From positions 434,001 to 498,000 of the forward strand of contig OU015569.1 in NCBI GenBank assembly GCA_907165135.1: a stretch of 64,000 nucleotides of DNA. Reading direction: 5' to 3'. This stretch comes from Oikopleura dioica (Eukaryota > Animalia > Chordata). Below, piece after piece: positions 61,574 through 64,000 of this stretch. Numbering within the stretch: position 1 is the stretch's first letter; every line of letters starts with the position of its first letter. The position numbers were made by a program, and so were the translations under genes. The notes under the pieces are model-generated. The model was given only the letters and a program-made list of their open reading frames with translations, ran no database searches and had not been told where the DNA came from.

Positions 61574-61940
61574 TTAAATAATAATTATATAGTCTCAATT
61601 CTGTTCTGAACATTCTGAAAATCACCCAATCTAAAAAAGGAAAAGCACGTGACCAAGAAATCAAGAGAAGCGTGGCTGCTCTCCAAGTCACCTGAGTCTG
61701 ATGGAGCTGGAAAATATTTTTACATTTTTAGCGAACTTGCTTAGGCCGCCAGCTTTCTTGAAGCTCCGTAAATATCAAAAACAAGCGAAAATTTTTAATA
61801 ACCTAATGGTTGATGCTTTTTCTCAGCGGGCTAAAAATAGGAGCAAGATTCTTGATTGTTTCAATTTTGGAAATTCTCCATTGAATTGAGAATTTCTCGG
61901 ATTTAGTTGCAACAATAGGCTAAAAATAATTTTTATAGCT

Positions 61941-62321
61941 GCTATAATTCATTAAAAACTTAAAAATAAAAACGGTTTCTAAAAATAAACAAGCTCAAAA
62001 CCTGTCTATAAAACCTGAGTCAGGGTTATGAGACATCTTTAAAAAGCCGCATAGCGGCTTTTATAAAAACTAAGCCGCGCAGCTGGCTTCGCCAATTTCA
62101 ATTTATTTTTTAATTCTAATACTAATAAAATTAAGAATTTAAAAAATAGATTAAAATTGTAATTTTGGCGAAGCGGCTTCGCGGCTCCGTTTTTATAATA
62201 GCCGCTATGCGGCTTTTATTAAAGATGTTTCATAACCCTGACTCAGGTTTTCTAGACAGGTTTTCGAGCTTGTTAATTTTTAGAAACCGTTTTTATTTTT
62301 ATGTTTTTCATGAATTATAGC
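61941..62321. repeat. ~380-bp near-perfect palindrome (MITE plus ~50-bp extra inverted arms)
   Basis: gctataattcattaaaaac...aacggtttctaaaaataaacaagctc is mirrored outside the MITE TIRs. Confidence 0.85.
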
Positions 62322-62529
62322 TATTTTTCTTGTTTGATTTTTTTCTTGAAATCAAGGAAGAAAACACTCTTTTTTTGCGAGGAAGAAACTTTATTGCTTG
62401 TTTCGTAAAATAAAAGTAAAATAGCGTTTTTTTGTGAAATAAAATAAGCTTTACTGAGTTTGAAATAAAAGTTGATTATCGTTTTAAGGCAGTTGATTTC
62501 TCTCTTTTTCTCATTTTCTTCGGCTATTA

Positions 62530-63650
62530 TCAAACGCGGTGGTCCTTGAAGTAGTGTCCGTGCAAACCTCGAGCCGCGGCTTTTTGGGTTTCGTTTTCTG
62601 GAACTGTCACTGGGTCGAACGTATTTGGCAACTCTTTCAGCCACGAATTCACCTGAAAGATCATTCAAAATAATGCTAAGAGGGTCAGGAACAACGGAGA
62701 TGGTCTGGGCCCAGGAAGCTGCGTTGAAAACCTGAGTCAGGGTCTGTAAACGAAGCGTCTTTGACAGAATTATTAGGCTTTGTTATAATTAAAGCCGCTA
62801 CGCGGCTTTTCATTGGAGATTTTCCAGACCCTGACTCAGGTTTTCCACACAGGTTGCCGAGTCTTTGGGATGGTTTGTGGGGGTTCCTGAGGGGCTGGGC
62901 TCGGCAACCTGTTTAGAAAACCTGAGTCAGAGTCACAGGAGCTGAAATGAAAAGCCGCAGAGCTAATATTCGCGGCTTTTCATTTCAGCTCTTGTGACCC
63001 TGACTCAGGTTTTCTACACAGGGTGCTGACCCCAGCTGGAGGGGGGAGTTTTGCTAGCCCGTGATTCGGTGGGAGCCCCCCCCCCCTCGTCTAGGAACCC
63101 TCCCTCGTTTTAGCCCTTTTGAGATAAATACTCTTCCTTGATTTCCTATTTTTTTGAACTCACTTTTTCGAGCGAGCGGCGGATAATTTTCTCATTTTCT
63201 GTCAAAGTAGCTTCTTCTTTGCAAAGCAATTTCGAGTTTCGCACTAGAAACGTTTCTTCTCTCAATTTTCAGGCCTTCCAAGCTCACCTTTTATCAGTTC
63301 GTTGCGGCGGTCTTCGACCGTGTCGGTCGAAAGCGAGCTTCTCATTGAGCTTTGAGTACACGAAGGACACTGCACCAGCTGAAAAACGGATGAAAAAGAG
63401 GAAAAAGAGGCGTTTTGCTCTTTTAGCGAAAAATCACGCGTCGAAGAGCTTTTTCAGGAGCATTTTCGAGGAGTCTTCTTCTTACCGAGGAGTTTACCCA
63501 AGTTTCAACATTTTCGTCGGTCACACTATCCGACAAAGGCCACTGGGAAGAATGATGAAGGGGAGGAGGAGGCGCTGCTCCTCCTCCTCGATGCGGGAGA
63601 CTCGTTCTGGACGGCGTCGAGGCTGACCACTGCGGATGATAGGTGGTTGA
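62530..63650 (-). CDS. Multi-exon hypothetical protein, 3' part (5' end unresolved or outside the window)
   Basis: Phase-compatible exons LVQCPSCTQSSMRSSLSTDTVEDRRNELIK|VRNSKLLCKEEATLTENEKIIRRSLEK|VNSWLKELPNTFDPV...DHRV-stop, with GTGAG donors. Confidence 0.5.
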
Positions 63651-64000
63651 TTGGCTGCGTTGAGTTAGTTTTTGGAATTTTGACTCCTGAAAGGTGCGTT
63701 TTTGCGGTTTGGGCTAAGCAACCTGTGCACAAATCGTGAGTCAGGGTTCTGAAAAAGCTGCGGCTTTTAAGAAACAAAGCCGCGCTGCGGCTTCGCAAGA
63801 ATTTAATAAAACATGTAAATTATTTAGGTTATTTGGCGAATCCGCTTTGCGGCTTCGTTTTCAAAAAGCCGCTTTGCGGCTTTTTATTTAAGATGTTTCA
63901 GGCCCTGACTCAGGGTTATGGCACAGGCTGCCCAACTGAGCTTGACCATTCTAGCGCAAGGAGGTCAAAAATCTTATTCGTTAAAAAATTGGAAAAGCCG

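Noticed and set aside
68-63798. Many 60-230 aa ORFs containing RKPESG, KSRxAAF or TLTQVF
   Set aside because: These are translations of MITE TIRs and cores, not genes. No transposase ORF was found in the window.
1-64000. CRISPR-like or bacterial REP/terminator interpretation of the recurring palindromes
   Set aside because: The context is eukaryotic. The repeats are dispersed with TIRs and 8-bp TSDs rather than regularly spaced with unique spacers.

Overview
Eukaryotic, intron-rich DNA. It is most likely from an appendicularian tunicate (Oikopleura-like); this is inferred from several 44-50 nt introns, repeated GA-AG introns and a Tor-like env-bearing LTR element, not from any database search. 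Genes: a 5-exon ZFP36/TIS11 tandem CCCH gene, a multipass membrane gene, a calmodulin-like EF-hand gene, two tandem atypical Ser/Thr kinase paralogs, a very large secreted TSP1/CBM/double-GH10 glycoside hydrolase gene with a small antisense gene nested in one intron, a degenerate cytochrome P450 remnant, a GT10 alpha-1,3-fucosyltransferase, tRNA-Lys(CTT), a PH-domain adaptor gene and several small orphan genes. Mobile DNA: a full-length 9.4-kb Ty3/gypsy LTR element (identical LTRs, gag-TGA-pol, env, and an extra Pro/Thr/Ser-rich 3' frame), plus roughly 30 copies of a palindromic MITE with 8-bp TSDs and several other TIR families. One MITE sits inside a conserved GH10 coding exon, and MITE ends appear to supply splice acceptors. 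At least ten single-base deletions in homopolymer runs break otherwise intact ORFs, which points to long-read consensus errors. All gene models were built by eye.
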